Shown one piece after another: positions 48,597-59,500 of a DNA stretch of 64,000 nt. The notes below the pieces were generated by a model. It searched no databases, was not told where the DNA came from, and worked only from the letters and a program-made list of their open reading frames with translations. The stretch lies in NCBI GenBank assembly GCA_021785655.1, contig JAJYET010000001.1, forward strand, positions 96,256 through 160,255, in the 5' to 3' direction. The first letter of the stretch is position 1, and every line of letters starts with the position of its first letter. Made by a program: the position numbers and the translations under genes. Source of the stretch: a bacterium. GTDB taxonomy: Bacteria; Chloroflexota; Dormibacteria; Aeolococcales; Bog-877.

Positions 48597-49270
48597 GCGT
48601 TGAAACGGAGGGTGCCACCGCGCCTAACTAACCACAGCCGGTGCTCCGGGCACCAGCTGAGAAGCCCCAACCTGTCGAAGCCGCTGTCCGCCCGCATCCG
48701 GACCTCCCGTGCCCCTTTGAAAGGGTGCCCACAGCTCGCCGCACCACGTGAGGGGAGATCAGCCTGTCCGGACCGGATCCCGGCCGCAGGGCAGCTCCCA
48801 GCGCCCTCACTCAGCGCACGTTGGACCTCAATGGGAGTGGAGTCGAGATCCAGCTGCGTCGGGTCCCCCTCCGGCAGCCGCAGCAGCCGGTCCAGCTCCA
48901 CTCCTGCTGGAGCCAGTTCGGCAGCCACCTTCTCGCACTGGCGCCGGGTGGGCTGCGACAGCAGCTGGCCGGCGATCTCCGGGGCAGGCACCTCCGCCGA
49001 CGCCGGAGCTCCCGTCCGGCCTCATCCTCACGGAGGAGATCCAGTTGGGCCGCATGGCCGCCTCCCGCCACGATCGACTCCGCCAGGAGGACAGCAGCCG
49101 GCCGCCGCTCAACCCCCGCGGCCTCTGCTTGAACTGCCACACCCCCTGTATGGCGGCATCCAGCCGACCGACCAGGCCGAGCTTCGAGCCCAGGTCCCAG
49201 ACCAGCAGCGGCCCGGCTTGGCCGGGAAGCGCGGGTCGTCAGCGCTTCAGTGAACCGTCTGGCCGGATGC
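48593..49270 (-). pseudogene. IS1380-like DDE transposase remnant (boundaries approximate)
   Basis: fragments in several frames: RFTEALTTRA, MPAPEIAGQLL, TQLDLDSTPIEV, VRMRADSGF. Confidence 0.6.
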
Positions 49271-49484
49271 GGCTGCGCTTCACTCGCTGGTTGCATCCTG
49301 CTTGCGGTGGGTGGCGTGTTGATACCTCCCAGGCTCCAAGTCAGCGAGGCCCATATCTTCCTGCCCCGGGTGCTCCCGCCGGTACTTGACCACCGCTCCA
49401 GGCCAGAGATGCTGCCGCAACTTGTGCAGCAACCCAGGTGGCGCGAAGTGACACTCAGCGGCACTCGGTGAGATCAAGAAGAGA

Positions 49485-49526
49485 AGGCGACGCCGGGAAT
49501 CGAACCCGGGATTGGGGTTTCGCAGA
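49485..49526 (-). other. degenerate tRNA-Cys 3' half (att-site relic)
   Basis: reverse complement TCTGCGAAACCCCAATCCCGGGTTCGATTCCCGGCGTCGCCT: T-arm plus acceptor 3' strand, no 5' half. Confidence 0.65.
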
Positions 49527-49771
49527 TGCCGGGGATCCGTTTGGCACGGTCCGCGGGCGTCCGTTTCGGGGTCAAGAACGGACTCGTCCGTCCGCTGAGG
49601 TGCACCTGAGACCGCCGAAGTTCGGCCGGGTCGGGGGCGGACTTGGGTCCCGATGGTCACGCTGCCTGGGGCGGCCCGATACCTACGCCCCCGCGCCCAG
49701 TCCAGGTGGCCGCGTGGGGCCCGAGAGCCGTGTGAGGATCCGCGACGGTACGGTTCTCGGCTCCGCCAGCG

Positions 49772-50350
49772 TTGATGGCACCGGTGGATCATTTGAAACC
49801 GGTGGAGGACTTGGCACATGCCTCGTGGAACGGGAACGACAGGGGGCAGGCACCCCTGGTCCCCTTCGAAGAGGTCTACCAACGGCACAGCCCCGACATC
49901 TACCGCTACTGTCTGGCTAGGCTGGCGAACCCAGCAGCCGCAGAGGACGCGACGGCCGACGCCTTCATGAAGGCCTTCTCCGCCTACTTGAGAGTTCGAC
50001 CAGACGAAGACGGCGTCCGGCTCTGGCTATTTCGGATCGCCGGGAATGTCGTCAATGACCACTATCGCCGCCAGTTGCGAGGCAAGCGCCTGTTTTCAGC
50101 GTTGGTTGGTCGCCTCAGACCGGCCCAGGATCCCGAAGCCCAGGCGATCCTCACCGTGGAGGTTCTTGGAGTTCTGGATGCTCTGGCCCTGCTTTCTTCC
50201 CGGGAGCGCCGACTGGTCGGCCTGCGGGCCGGAGCCGGCCTCCCATATTCGGACATTGCAGCCTTGACCGACATGAACGAGAACTCAGCCCGCGTCGCCA
50301 CCCACCGAGCGATACAGCGGCTTCGAGCCGCAGTGGGGTCCTCTCGATGA
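49772..50350 (+). CDS. ECF sigma factor
   Basis: FEEVYQRH..DIYRY, AEDATADAF, WLFRIAGN, region 4 YSDIA...ARVATHRA. Confidence 0.92.
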   Translation: MMAPVDHLKPVEDLAHASWNGNDRGQAPLVPFEEVYQRHSPDIYRYCLARLANPAAAEDATADAFMKAFSAYLRVRPDEDGVRLWLFRIAGNVVNDHYRRQLRGKRLFSALVGRLRPAQDPEAQAILTVEVLGVLDALALLSSRERRLVGLRAGAGLPYSDIAALTDMNENSARVATHRAIQRLRAAVGSSR

Positions 50351-51645
50351 ACGACGACCCGACTCCGGACGAGCTCTGGCTCGCCGGGGCATTGTCATGG
50401 GTAAGCGACGCCTACCACGATGGCGCCACCTTCAATCCGCGCCCCCCTCGCGCCCGACGACGAACCGGCACCATGGTCCTGGCGGGCATCGTGACAGCGG
50501 CGGTCGTCTCCGCGGCAATACTCCTCCCCCGGCTCGCGACCCCCGCCAGGCCGCGTGTACACCATCCCGTCCAAATCCAGCCCTCCCGCCTCTGTCAGGT
50601 GCCGCTGCCCCGGTCATGGAGTGCCGCGCTAGCCCAGAACCAGACGCCGGTGACCACAGTGACAGCCGCCACCCCCCTGGCCTTCGCAGTCGCACCCGAT
50701 GGCGCGAGCTACTTCGCTGACTTCTATTCCAGTTCTTGGTCCGGGATCGTCGAGGTCCATCGAGCCTCGGGCTCGGTGCAACGCGTCTATCAGTTCCCGT
50801 CAGCCACCGCCCAAGTAATGTCGGGAGCGTTCGACGGACACTGGCTCGTCTGGACCCTATCCACCACCAAGACCAATCCTCAACCCGCGAGCTTGATGGC
50901 CTGGAACTCCCAGACCGGGCGAGTCGCCACCCTGGTGCCGACTTCAAACCCGTTCACGGCCATCTACTTCACCCTGGACGCAACGTCGCCAGCGGGGGGC
51001 CGGGGATGGCTCGCTTGGACAGTGCTTCCCCAGGGCGTTGGGGGTGGGCGGTACTTCCTCGCAGACCTCTCGAGCGGCAAACAACGCTCTCTACCTCTCG
51101 TCACCCTTCCCGGCTACGGCTACTTCGTCGGCGACCTCTTCGTGTACGCGGTACCGCCACCCTCAGCCGACCGTGAGCCAACCCCACTCCCCAGCCCCAA
51201 GAGTGAGTACGGAGCTGTCTCGATGACGTCCTTCACTGCCACCTCGGTCCCCGCGGAGTTGATCCCAGAGCTGGAGGCGGTCCGCACCAGCCTGGTCAGC
51301 TCCTGGGTCGCGGGCGCGGCCGTTTGGTCCAAGCAGTCCGGCACCCTGGACTTCTGGCCGGGAGGTCGGTCGGCGTCCTTCTCTCTGTCGAGCGGTCAAG
51401 CCATTGATGGCGTCGCGCAGGCAGGCCCGCTGGTTACCTGGACGAATGGGGATGGCTCCATGTACATCGCCGACCTGCGATCGGGCTCATTCGCTAGATT
51501 GCCCATGACTTGGGGTGGAGAGAATGGCTCTGCCGGCGCCATTCTGTATACGTGGAGTCCCAGCCCCCTGACGCAGAAGATCAGCCCCCTGTACACGAGC
51601 TCGATACTTAAAGTCGCCAGCCTCCCTCCCCTACCTCGTTGCTGA
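50347..51645 (+). CDS. single-TM protein with large extracytoplasmic beta-rich domain (candidate anti-sigma)
   Basis: ATGA-coupled to the ECF gene; short cytoplasmic N-terminus, TM, Ser/Thr/Trp-rich beta repeats. Confidence 0.75.
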   Translation: MNDDPTPDELWLAGALSWVSDAYHDGATFNPRPPRARRRTGTMVLAGIVTAAVVSAAILLPRLATPARPRVHHPVQIQPSRLCQVPLPRSWSAALAQNQTPVTTVTAATPLAFAVAPDGASYFADFYSSSWSGIVEVHRASGSVQRVYQFPSATAQVMSGAFDGHWLVWTLSTTKTNPQPASLMAWNSQTGRVATLVPTSNPFTAIYFTLDATSPAGGRGWLAWTVLPQGVGGGRYFLADLSSGKQRSLPLVTLPGYGYFVGDLFVYAVPPPSADREPTPLPSPKSEYGAVSMTSFTATSVPAELIPELEAVRTSLVSSWVAGAAVWSKQSGTLDFWPGGRSASFSLSSGQAIDGVAQAGPLVTWTNGDGSMYIADLRSGSFARLPMTWGGENGSAGAILYTWSPSPLTQKISPLYTSSILKVASLPPLPRC

Positions 51646-51915
51646 CCGTGATGCCCACCCCGGAGGCCTCGGCGCCATGCAGTGTGCATTTCACACCGCG
51701 CGCGTCCTCCAAAGCTATGGAGGCGGCACCGTTGGCGGTCAACGGGGACCAGAAGGTGTCGAGGGACACCGCCGCGGCCCCGGGTTGGGCGTGGCACGGT
51801 CAGCCTCCGTTGATGCCCACTTCTCTCGGCCCTACCTCCCCTCTGGGAAGCCCGAGTATCCCGAGTCAGCACGGAGATCGACCGAACCTTCTCCGCTGCG
51901 CGTCCTGCGAAGACC

Positions 51916-52851
51916 TCAGCCCAGCGTAAGGCTGGGATCCGGCTCCCGGTCTCCCCCATCCGGGAGCTCGTCGATCGCCCCGATCAGGGTCGCGACGTCG
52001 ATGTGCCGTAGATGTTCCGGGCCCCCGTAGCCGTGGATCTCTATGATCCGCCCCCGCTGCACCGAGAATGCCAGCACCGCGAAGATCCGCCGAGAACGGA
52101 CGATCACCGCGCCCGCACCGCCGTTGACGAGGGCCGGGATTGCCTCCGCTCCCCGCGGAGCCCTGGCGTACCGAGTGACGTCGGCCACGCCACGGGCCAC
52201 GAGCGGCTGGCCGGTGCCAAAGTCGGCGCGAAGGACGACATCGCGGTCGAGGATGGTGACGAGACCGTCCATGTCCCCACTTCGGGTGGCGGCGAAGAAG
52301 GCGTCCACGATCCGCCGCTGGCTGCCGAGGTCGACGTCTGGGACGCTGGGAGCGCGCTGGACGCGACGGCGAGCCCGGCTGGCCAGCTGGCGGGCGGCAG
52401 CGGGGGTCCGCTCGAGGATCGGAGCGATCTCGGTGAAGGAGACGTCGAAGACGTCGTGCAGCACGAACGCCAACCGCTCCGCCGGGGTGAGAGTGCGCAG
52501 GACGACGAGAAGCGCTAGCCCGACCGATTCCGCGAGCAGCGCTTGTCCCTCTGGGTCACCGTCTGGGAACGGAGACACGACGGGTTCGGGGAGGTACGGC
52601 TCGAGCGCCTCTTCGCGGCGGGAGCCGCGAGCCCGCAACATGTTGAGACACACGCGGGCGAGGATCGTCCGCAGCCAGGCTCCGGGGTTCAAGACACTGC
52701 TCGGGTCCGCCCGGCTGGCCCGTAGCCACGTCTCCTGGAGAGCGTCGTCGACATCGCTCAGCGAGCCCAGCATGCGGTAGGCGAGCCCTCGGAGCTGCCC
52801 GCGGTGGGTGTCGAACCACTCGGTCACCTGGTCCCGCCCGGCCGTCGTCAC
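51916..52851 (-). CDS. ECF41/SigJ-type sigma factor with SnoaL-like extension
   Basis: LAYRMLGSLSDVDDALQETWLR, YLPEP, LTPAERLAFVLHDVF, RQLASRARR, VNG. Confidence 0.93.
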   Translation of the reverse strand: MTTAGRDQVTEWFDTHRGQLRGLAYRMLGSLSDVDDALQETWLRASRADPSSVLNPGAWLRTILARVCLNMLRARGSRREEALEPYLPEPVVSPFPDGDPEGQALLAESVGLALLVVLRTLTPAERLAFVLHDVFDVSFTEIAPILERTPAAARQLASRARRRVQRAPSVPDVDLGSQRRIVDAFFAATRSGDMDGLVTILDRDVVLRADFGTGQPLVARGVADVTRYARAPRGAEAIPALVNGGAGAVIVRSRRIFAVLAFSVQRGRIIEIHGYGGPEHLRHIDVATLIGAIDELPDGGDREPDPSLTLG

Positions 52852-52944
52852 GTAATTGCCTCCTCCCGTGTCCTTGGTTACGACACGCGCGCCGCCCAGA
52901 GTGTGACGGGACGCCCAAATGCTTGAGTCAAGGAGGAGCCCATC

Positions 52945-53763
52945 ATGGCCACAATCCTCGTAACCGGAGGCACGGGACGGCTCGGCCGCCACGTGGTCCC
53001 GCTCCTGCGGACGGCAGGTCACCAGGTCCGGGTGCTCACCCGGCACACCACAGAAGGCGAGTCGGGAGTCGACTACCGGCTCGGGGACATTGCCAGGGAC
53101 GAGGGAGTCGCGGCAGCGGTCGAGGGGGCGGAGATCGTGGTCCACTGCGCCGCCTCCACCAAGTTCGCCGAGAACCGGGCGATGGTTCGCAACCTGGTGC
53201 AGCGCGCTTCGGTGGCGCAGGTGCGCCACTTGATCGGGGTGTCCGTCGTCGGTGCGGATCGCGTTCCAGTCAGGAGCCGGATCGATCGCCTGACCTCCGG
53301 ATACTTCGCGCTCATGGTCGAGGTGGAACTGATGATCGCGGAGTCCGGCATTCCCTGGACTACGGTGCGCGCCACCCAGTTCTTCGACGCCTCCCTGCTG
53401 GTTGTGCGCATGATGGTCAAACTGCCGGTGATCCCGGTGGCCTCGGGCTACCGGTTTCAGCCGGTCGACGCCGCCGAGGTGGCCGAGCGCTTGGCCGTGC
53501 TCGCCGCAGGTCCGCCCGTGGGACTGGCGGGCGAGGTTGGCGGCCCCCGCGTGTACACCATGAAGGAGCTGATCCGCGGCTACCTTGAAGCCAGCCACCG
53601 TCGCCGCCTTACGCTCCCGCTTCGGATACCTGGGGGCGCGGCTCGGGCCATCCGAGGGGGGGCAATCCTGGTGCCGGGTCAGGCCGGGGGTCGTCGCACC
53701 TGGGAGGAGTTCCTCGCTGATACCCTCGCGGACGCCGAGGCGAGCCGCTCGCACGCGCTGTAA
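52945..53763 (+). CDS. NAD(P)H-binding atypical SDR
   Basis: ILVTGGTGRLG, RATQF, FQPVDAAEVA; divergent from ECF41, a typical context for that group. Confidence 0.9.
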   Translation: MATILVTGGTGRLGRHVVPLLRTAGHQVRVLTRHTTEGESGVDYRLGDIARDEGVAAAVEGAEIVVHCAASTKFAENRAMVRNLVQRASVAQVRHLIGVSVVGADRVPVRSRIDRLTSGYFALMVEVELMIAESGIPWTTVRATQFFDASLLVVRMMVKLPVIPVASGYRFQPVDAAEVAERLAVLAAGPPVGLAGEVGGPRVYTMKELIRGYLEASHRRRLTLPLRIPGGAARAIRGGAILVPGQAGGRRTWEEFLADTLADAEASRSHAL

Positions 53764-54015
53764 CTGCCTCCGTCGACGCCGGACGGTGGCGCGGTCAGAC
53801 GCGGCTCGGACTTCCGCGACGCCCCCTCGCGGGAGGTGGGGCGCAGCCGGTTGCCGGATGTCGGAGCAGCGGTGAAGCGGCGCTCGCCCAGCCCACACCG
53901 GTGCCGGCCCAAGGGTTGGACGGGGCCTCGGCCCCGACGCTCGGTGCCCGTGTGGCCAGATCCATGTGGGATCGGCATTGCCCGAACGCTGGCTCCCCCG
54001 CCCAGGGGCCGGTGG

Positions 54016-54525
54016 TCACCCGGTGGGGCCACCAAGGACCACCTCCTCCAAGCTCCCTGTGCGCACGTCGTGGACGAAGCCCCTCACCTGGTCTCTGTGG
54101 GCGACGAAGGGACTGCCGAGGATTCTGCGCATGGACTCTCGGACGTCCTCCCGCAGATCTGAAAACGCCCCCAGGGCGAAGGGCGGCCGGACCCCGACCT
54201 CCCGCTCGATCTCGGTCTCGAGGTCCTCGTCGCGAAAGGTCTGCATCCCGCACTCGGTGTGATGCATGACCATGACCTCCCTCGTCCCCAGGAGCCGCTG
54301 GGAGATCAGCAACGAGCGGATGGCGTCGTCGGTGACGACTCCCCCGGCGTTGCGGATGACGTGGGCATCGCCGGGGGCCAGGCCCAGCACCCGATACAGG
54401 TCGATGCGGGCGTCCATGCACGCCAGCACCGCCGTCTCCAGACGCGGGCGGGGCGGCAGGGCGCGGACCGCGGACTCCCGGACGTACCGAGCATTGTTCT
54501 GCAGCAGCTGGTCGATCGCGGACAT
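54016..54525 (-). CDS. beta-class carbonic anhydrase (clade D)
   Basis: ACMDARI, IRNAGG, HHTECG. Confidence 0.94.
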   Translation of the reverse strand: MSAIDQLLQNNARYVRESAVRALPPRPRLETAVLACMDARIDLYRVLGLAPGDAHVIRNAGGVVTDDAIRSLLISQRLLGTREVMVMHHTECGMQTFRDEDLETEIEREVGVRPPFALGAFSDLREDVRESMRRILGSPFVAHRDQVRGFVHDVRTGSLEEVVLGGPTG

Positions 54526-55082
54526 CACCTGGTCCTCCGAGTGGAGCGGTTGCCTGGGAACACGCCAGCGAGGAGTGTCCTCGAGGCATGGGCCGGAGCC
54601 GTAACCGTAGCTTGAGCGCCATTCCGCACAAAGACGCTGGCCATTCCCGGGGTGGGGCCCGGACGCGCGGGTACTGCGGCTTGGGCCAGACCCCACGTGG
54701 CCATTCTGGCGCGGGCGGGCGGGCGTTTGCCCGCCGGCAGAGAAGGGCCGGCTCCCGGCCGATCTTAAAGGCAGCTGAGCGGACCACCGGGGTCGGAGGC
54801 GCTTCCCGCTCTCACCCTGGGCCCCAGCCACGGGGCGGCCCCCAGCGCCCGCCCTCCCTGACTCCGGCGCTGCGGAGGTCGCGGCAGCGCCGGGCCCCAA
54901 CCGGGGCAGCGGCCTCGGGATCGCCCCGTCGGAGGCCGGGCACCGGGCCCCCGGCGGAGGAATAGGGGCGGAGTTGGGCTGCACAGGCCGCGTCTTCTCC
55001 GGGCGATCCGGACCGCGGCCGAGCCGCCATCCCAGGGGTGGGATAATCTCGCGCCGGTGAACTGTTCGCATCGGAATCCCAG

Positions 55083-55706
55083 ATGGGGACGCCCGGGTTG
55101 ACCGCATGGGACATCCCGGAACTCACCGGGCCGCATCTCCGACTTCGGCCGCTGGAGCCGGATGACGCGGCGGCCCTGCTGGACACGGTGGACGATGAGG
55201 TCTGGCGGTGGAAGCTGGCCCCCAGACCCCACACCGTGGCCGAGATGCGCCAGGTGGTGGTCGACCACCTGATCGGCGACCCAGAGCGCCAGAGGGCATT
55301 CTTGGCGACCCGGCTCGAGGACGATGCGGTTCTGGGCTGCACGACCCTGTACGAGTACGACCGTCACCACGAGCGGGTGGAGATGGGCTGGACCTGGTTG
55401 CGCCGCTCAAGCTGGGGCCAGGGCCTCAACGAGGAGATGAAGTTCCTCCTGCTCGAGTACTGCTTCAACGAGCTCGGCCTGAAGCGGGTGGCGTGGAGGC
55501 TGGACAGCCTCAACGAGCGTTCGCGCGGTGCCCTGGAGAGGATGGGCTTCCGGTACGAAGGCAAGCTCCGCAGCCACCAGCGGCGGCCGGACGGAAGCCG
55601 CCGCGACTCCCTGTACTACAGCCTCCTGGTGGGTGAGTGGCCCGAGTGCCGGGAGCCCCTGCTCCGACTGGTCAAGGAACGCTCCCGACCCCAGGGGCCC
55701 GGCTGA
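55083..55706 (+). CDS. GNAT (RimJ/RimL-like) acetyltransferase
   Basis: VEMGWTWL..SSWGQGLN, NERSRGALERMGF.YEGKLR. Confidence 0.9.
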   Translation: MGTPGLTAWDIPELTGPHLRLRPLEPDDAAALLDTVDDEVWRWKLAPRPHTVAEMRQVVVDHLIGDPERQRAFLATRLEDDAVLGCTTLYEYDRHHERVEMGWTWLRRSSWGQGLNEEMKFLLLEYCFNELGLKRVAWRLDSLNERSRGALERMGFRYEGKLRSHQRRPDGSRRDSLYYSLLVGEWPECREPLLRLVKERSRPQGPG

Positions 55707-55721
55707 ACACGCGAACGGCGC

Positions 55722-56492
55722 TCACCCCCAGGTCACGCGCAGCGACTCGCGCAGCCAGCTGAGGGGCTCCGGGCTGCCGGCCCAGGCCACGGCCTCCAGC
55801 GGGAGCCGGTTCCAGGTCAGAAGGTAGAGCAGGTGGGCGGGAGCGCGCACCGTGGTGGGCGCCGAGAGCAGGCCACCTGACTCCACCTCCAGGCCACTTG
55901 GGGAGGCCACGAAACGCCAGCGGTCACCGGTGTCCTCCGCCTCCAGGACCGCTGCCAGCTCCGTCTCCCGGCGCAGGCGCCGGCGGTTGCGGGCGGCGAA
56001 GCCGAGCAGAAGTTCGCTCACCCCGTCGGCGGCGAAGTCCGCCGGGAGCGGCCCGGAAGTCCCGAGGGCCAGCTCGCCATCCACCCGGTGAATGGCGGTC
56101 TCATGGGCCTGGCGGCGAGCCCAGAACACCAGCGGGGATGGAGCCGGGAGGAACGACCAGCAGTGCAGATCCGGCGGGGATTGGCGGAGGGCGGCAGCCA
56201 GCTCCGAGGCTCCCTCGCGCAGCCAGGAGGCGAGCTCCTCCCGGCGGGGACCGGAGCCCAGCATCTGCCCTTCGGTGGGCTGGGGGAACATCTCCGTGAG
56301 CCCCTTGGAGACGTAGGGGAGCGCCCAGCGGTGGACGGCCCCCAGGTGACGGACCAGGTCCTCCATCCGCCAGCCGGGGCAGGTCGGCACGCTCTGATCC
56401 CAGCCGTCCTGGCCAGGGAGGCGGGCCAGGAGAGCCGAGTCCTCCTCAATGCGCTCCGCGTAGCGCGCCAGGGGCAGGATCGAAGTGGGCAC
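55722..56492 (-). CDS. maleylpyruvate isomerase (MDMPI/DinB)-family protein
   Basis: VPTCPGW...LVRHLG.VHRW, RRQAHETAIHRVD, AADGVSE. Confidence 0.9.
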   Translation of the reverse strand: MPTSILPLARYAERIEEDSALLARLPGQDGWDQSVPTCPGWRMEDLVRHLGAVHRWALPYVSKGLTEMFPQPTEGQMLGSGPRREELASWLREGASELAAALRQSPPDLHCWSFLPAPSPLVFWARRQAHETAIHRVDGELALGTSGPLPADFAADGVSELLLGFAARNRRRLRRETELAAVLEAEDTGDRWRFVASPSGLEVESGGLLSAPTTVRAPAHLLYLLTWNRLPLEAVAWAGSPEPLSWLRESLRVTWG

Positions 56493-56587
56493 CCCGCCAT
56501 GATCGCCGACCCAGGCCCCAATGTCACTCCCTCGCTACCGGGCCATCACCCTCCCTGGAAGTGGGGCGGGCTAGACTGCGCCCGCCT

Positions 56588-59500
56588 GTGAAGCAGCACT
56601 CGCGCCGGAACGCGACCGGGGGGCGCCTGGGGCCGCCCTCGAGCCACCTGTTCGACCAGTCCGTGAGGCCGATGGCGGTGGTCTCCCGAGAGCAGATGGT
56701 GGTGGAAGCCAATCCCGCCTTCTGCCGACTGCTGGAGCGTGGTGCCGGGGAGGTCGTGGGGTCGAGCCTCCTCCAACTCACCCACCCTGAGGACCACGGC
56801 GCCGGCGCGGCTGCCCTGCACCAGGCCCTCACCCAGCCGGGATCGGCCGCCGTCACCCTGCGCCATCTCGCGCCCAGCGGTGAAGAGGTTTGGGTGCGCG
56901 TTCGGCTGACCGCTCTCCCCGGTGCCGGCCGGCCGGCGGCCGTCCTCGCCGAGGTGGAGGACATCCGTCAGGAGCTCCGGCTCCGCGAGCGGCTGAGGGA
57001 GATGGACCGGCTCCGGGCGGCGCTCGCCGCCAGCAACGAGGCCATGCTTCGGGCCACCAGCGTGGACGAGCTGCTGCGCAGTGCCTGCCGCATCGCGGTG
57101 GAGCAGGGCGGGATGCACATGGCGTGGGTGGGCACCGGGGGCCAGGACGGGTGGTTCTCACTGCGAGCCTCCTTCGGGGGGGACCAGGGATATCTGGCGG
57201 GCCTCAGGGTGAGCTCGCGGGAGGATGTCCCCGAGGGCCACGGTCCCGTGGGCGTGGCGGCGCGCAGCCTCCGGCCCAGCGTGAGCCAGGACGTGAGCCG
57301 GGACCCCGACTTCGCCCCCTGGAGGAAGCGGGCTCGGGACGCCGGCTTCCAGGGAGTGGGCGCGCTGCCGCTGGTCGAGGGGGGCGAGCTCATGGGGGTG
57401 ATGGCGGTGTACGCCCCGGAGACCGGCTTCTTCAGCTCCGACCGGGTGTCTCTGCTGCAAAGGCTGGCCGACAACGTGGCCTTCGCCTGGGGCGCCCTGG
57501 ACCAGCGCTTGCAGGCGGCGGAGACGGCCGTGGCCCTCCGCGACCGGCTGACGCGACTGGATCACGTGATCCAGAACACCGGCGTCGCGACCTGCGTGCT
57601 CGACCCGGAGCTCACCCTTCTCCAGGCCAATCCCGCCTTCTGCCAGCTGCTGGGGATGCGGGAGTCGACCCTGCTTGGTCGCAGCCTGCTCGCCCTCTCC
57701 CATCCGCAGGACCGGCCCCTGCTGGACCGGGCCCGACGCCATCTGGTCCGCTCTCCGGGAAGGGGAATCCGTCGACTGGAGCACCGGCTGGTCAGCCGGA
57801 CCGGGGCTGTGATCCACCTCCTGGCATCAGCCACTCCCATGCCGTCGCTGGACGGTGGCGCGCCCCAGGTGGCCTGGCAGGCCCAGAACATCACCGCTCA
57901 GCGCGACGGCGAGCGCGCCGCTGTGCGCCGGTCCGCTCAACAGGCGGCGGTGGCCGACCTCGGGAGGGAGGCGCTCAGCGGCCGCGACCTGGACCAGCTG
58001 CTGCAACGCGGTTGCGAGCTGGTGGCGGAGCACTTGGCGGTCACCCTGGTGTCGGTGATGCGATGGCAGCCGGGGCGCGCCTGCTTCCGGCTGGTGGCCG
58101 GCTTGGGCTGGGCGCCGGACCGGATGGGGGTGGCCACGGTTCCATCGGGCCGGCGCTCCCAGGCGGGGTACGCCTTCCGCGCCGGGGACCCAGTGCTCTC
58201 GAAAGACCTGGCCGCGGAACGTCGCTTCCAGTCGGAGGTCCTGGTGTCCAAGTACCGGGTGCGGACCACGGTGGCGGTGGTCGTGCCTTCCGGGGCTGGG
58301 GAGGAGCCGTACGGAGTGCTGGCGGCACACTCCCAGGAGGTCAAGGAGATCTCTCAGGACGACGTGAACTTCCTGCAGGGGGTGGCCCACCTCCTGGGCG
58401 CGGCGGTCCAGCGGCAGCACTCGGAGGACCAGCTCCAGCGGCTGGCCCTCCACGACCCCCTCACCGGCCTCCCCAACCGCGGGCTCCTGGTGGAGCGGGT
58501 CCGCATGAGCTTGGCGAGGCTGCGGCGGGACCGGGGCCTGACTGCGGTCCTGTTCCTCGACCTGGACCGCTTCAAGGTGATCAACGACAGCTTGGGGCAC
58601 CGGGTGGGGGACGAGGTTCTGCGGGAGGTGGCCGACCGCCTCGGCCGCATCCTCCGTCCCAGCGACACGGTCTCCCGACTGGGGGGCGACGAATTCGTGG
58701 TGGTGGCCGAGGACGTCGAATCCGAGGCGGTGGCCCTCGGGGTGGCGGGCCGGATCCTGTCGGAGCTCGGAGCGCCGATGCGGGCCGGGCCCAGCGACCT
58801 GGTGGTCACCGCCAGTCTGGGGCTCACCACGACGTCGGACCCCGACGCCCAGCCGGAGGAGCTCCTCCAGGAGGCGGACATCGCCATGTATCAGGCCAAG
58901 GCCGGTGGTGGTGGGGCGGTGGTCGCCTTCATCCCCGAGATGGGGGCCAGCTTCGGCGACCGGGTGCAGGTGGAGTTCGACCTGCGGCGCGCCCTGATCC
59001 GGGGCGAGTTCGCCGTCCACTATCAGCCCATCTTCTGCCTCGAATCCGGCCAGATCCGCAGCGCGGAGGCGCTGGTGCGCTGGCAGCACCCAGAGCGCGG
59101 CCCGGTCGCCCCGGCGGATTTCATCCCCCTGGCTGAGGAGACCGGAGCGATCGTGGAGATCGGGGAGTTCGTGCTCTGGGAAGCATGCCGGGCGGCCGCC
59201 GAATGGGCCAGGCGCCACGGGCAGGGCCCCGGGATCTCTGTCAACATCTCACCCCGCCAGCTGCTGGACACCGCGGTCGTCGACCGGGTCCGGTCCGCGC
59301 TGGAGGCGGCTGGTCTCGAGCCCGCCCGCCTCACCCTGGAGATCACCGAGACCGCCGTGCTCGCGGACTCGGTCGCGGCCTCGTCGGCGCTTCGGGAGCT
59401 GGCCCGAATGGGGGTCCACCTGGCGGTGGATGACTTCGGCACCGGTTACTCGTCCGTGTCGCACCTCCAGCGTTTTCAACTGCGCCAGCTCAAGATCGAC

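Noticed and set aside
52852-53898. Apparent 660-aa sigma factor fusion
   Set aside because: The extension is antisense to the SDR gene; an RBS and GTG at 52851 define the real start
54650-54700. SRP or other ncRNA in the carbonic anhydrase-GNAT spacer
   Set aside because: The hairpin lacks the SRP CAGG...GGAA...AGCAG motif, and GC-rich stems arise by chance here
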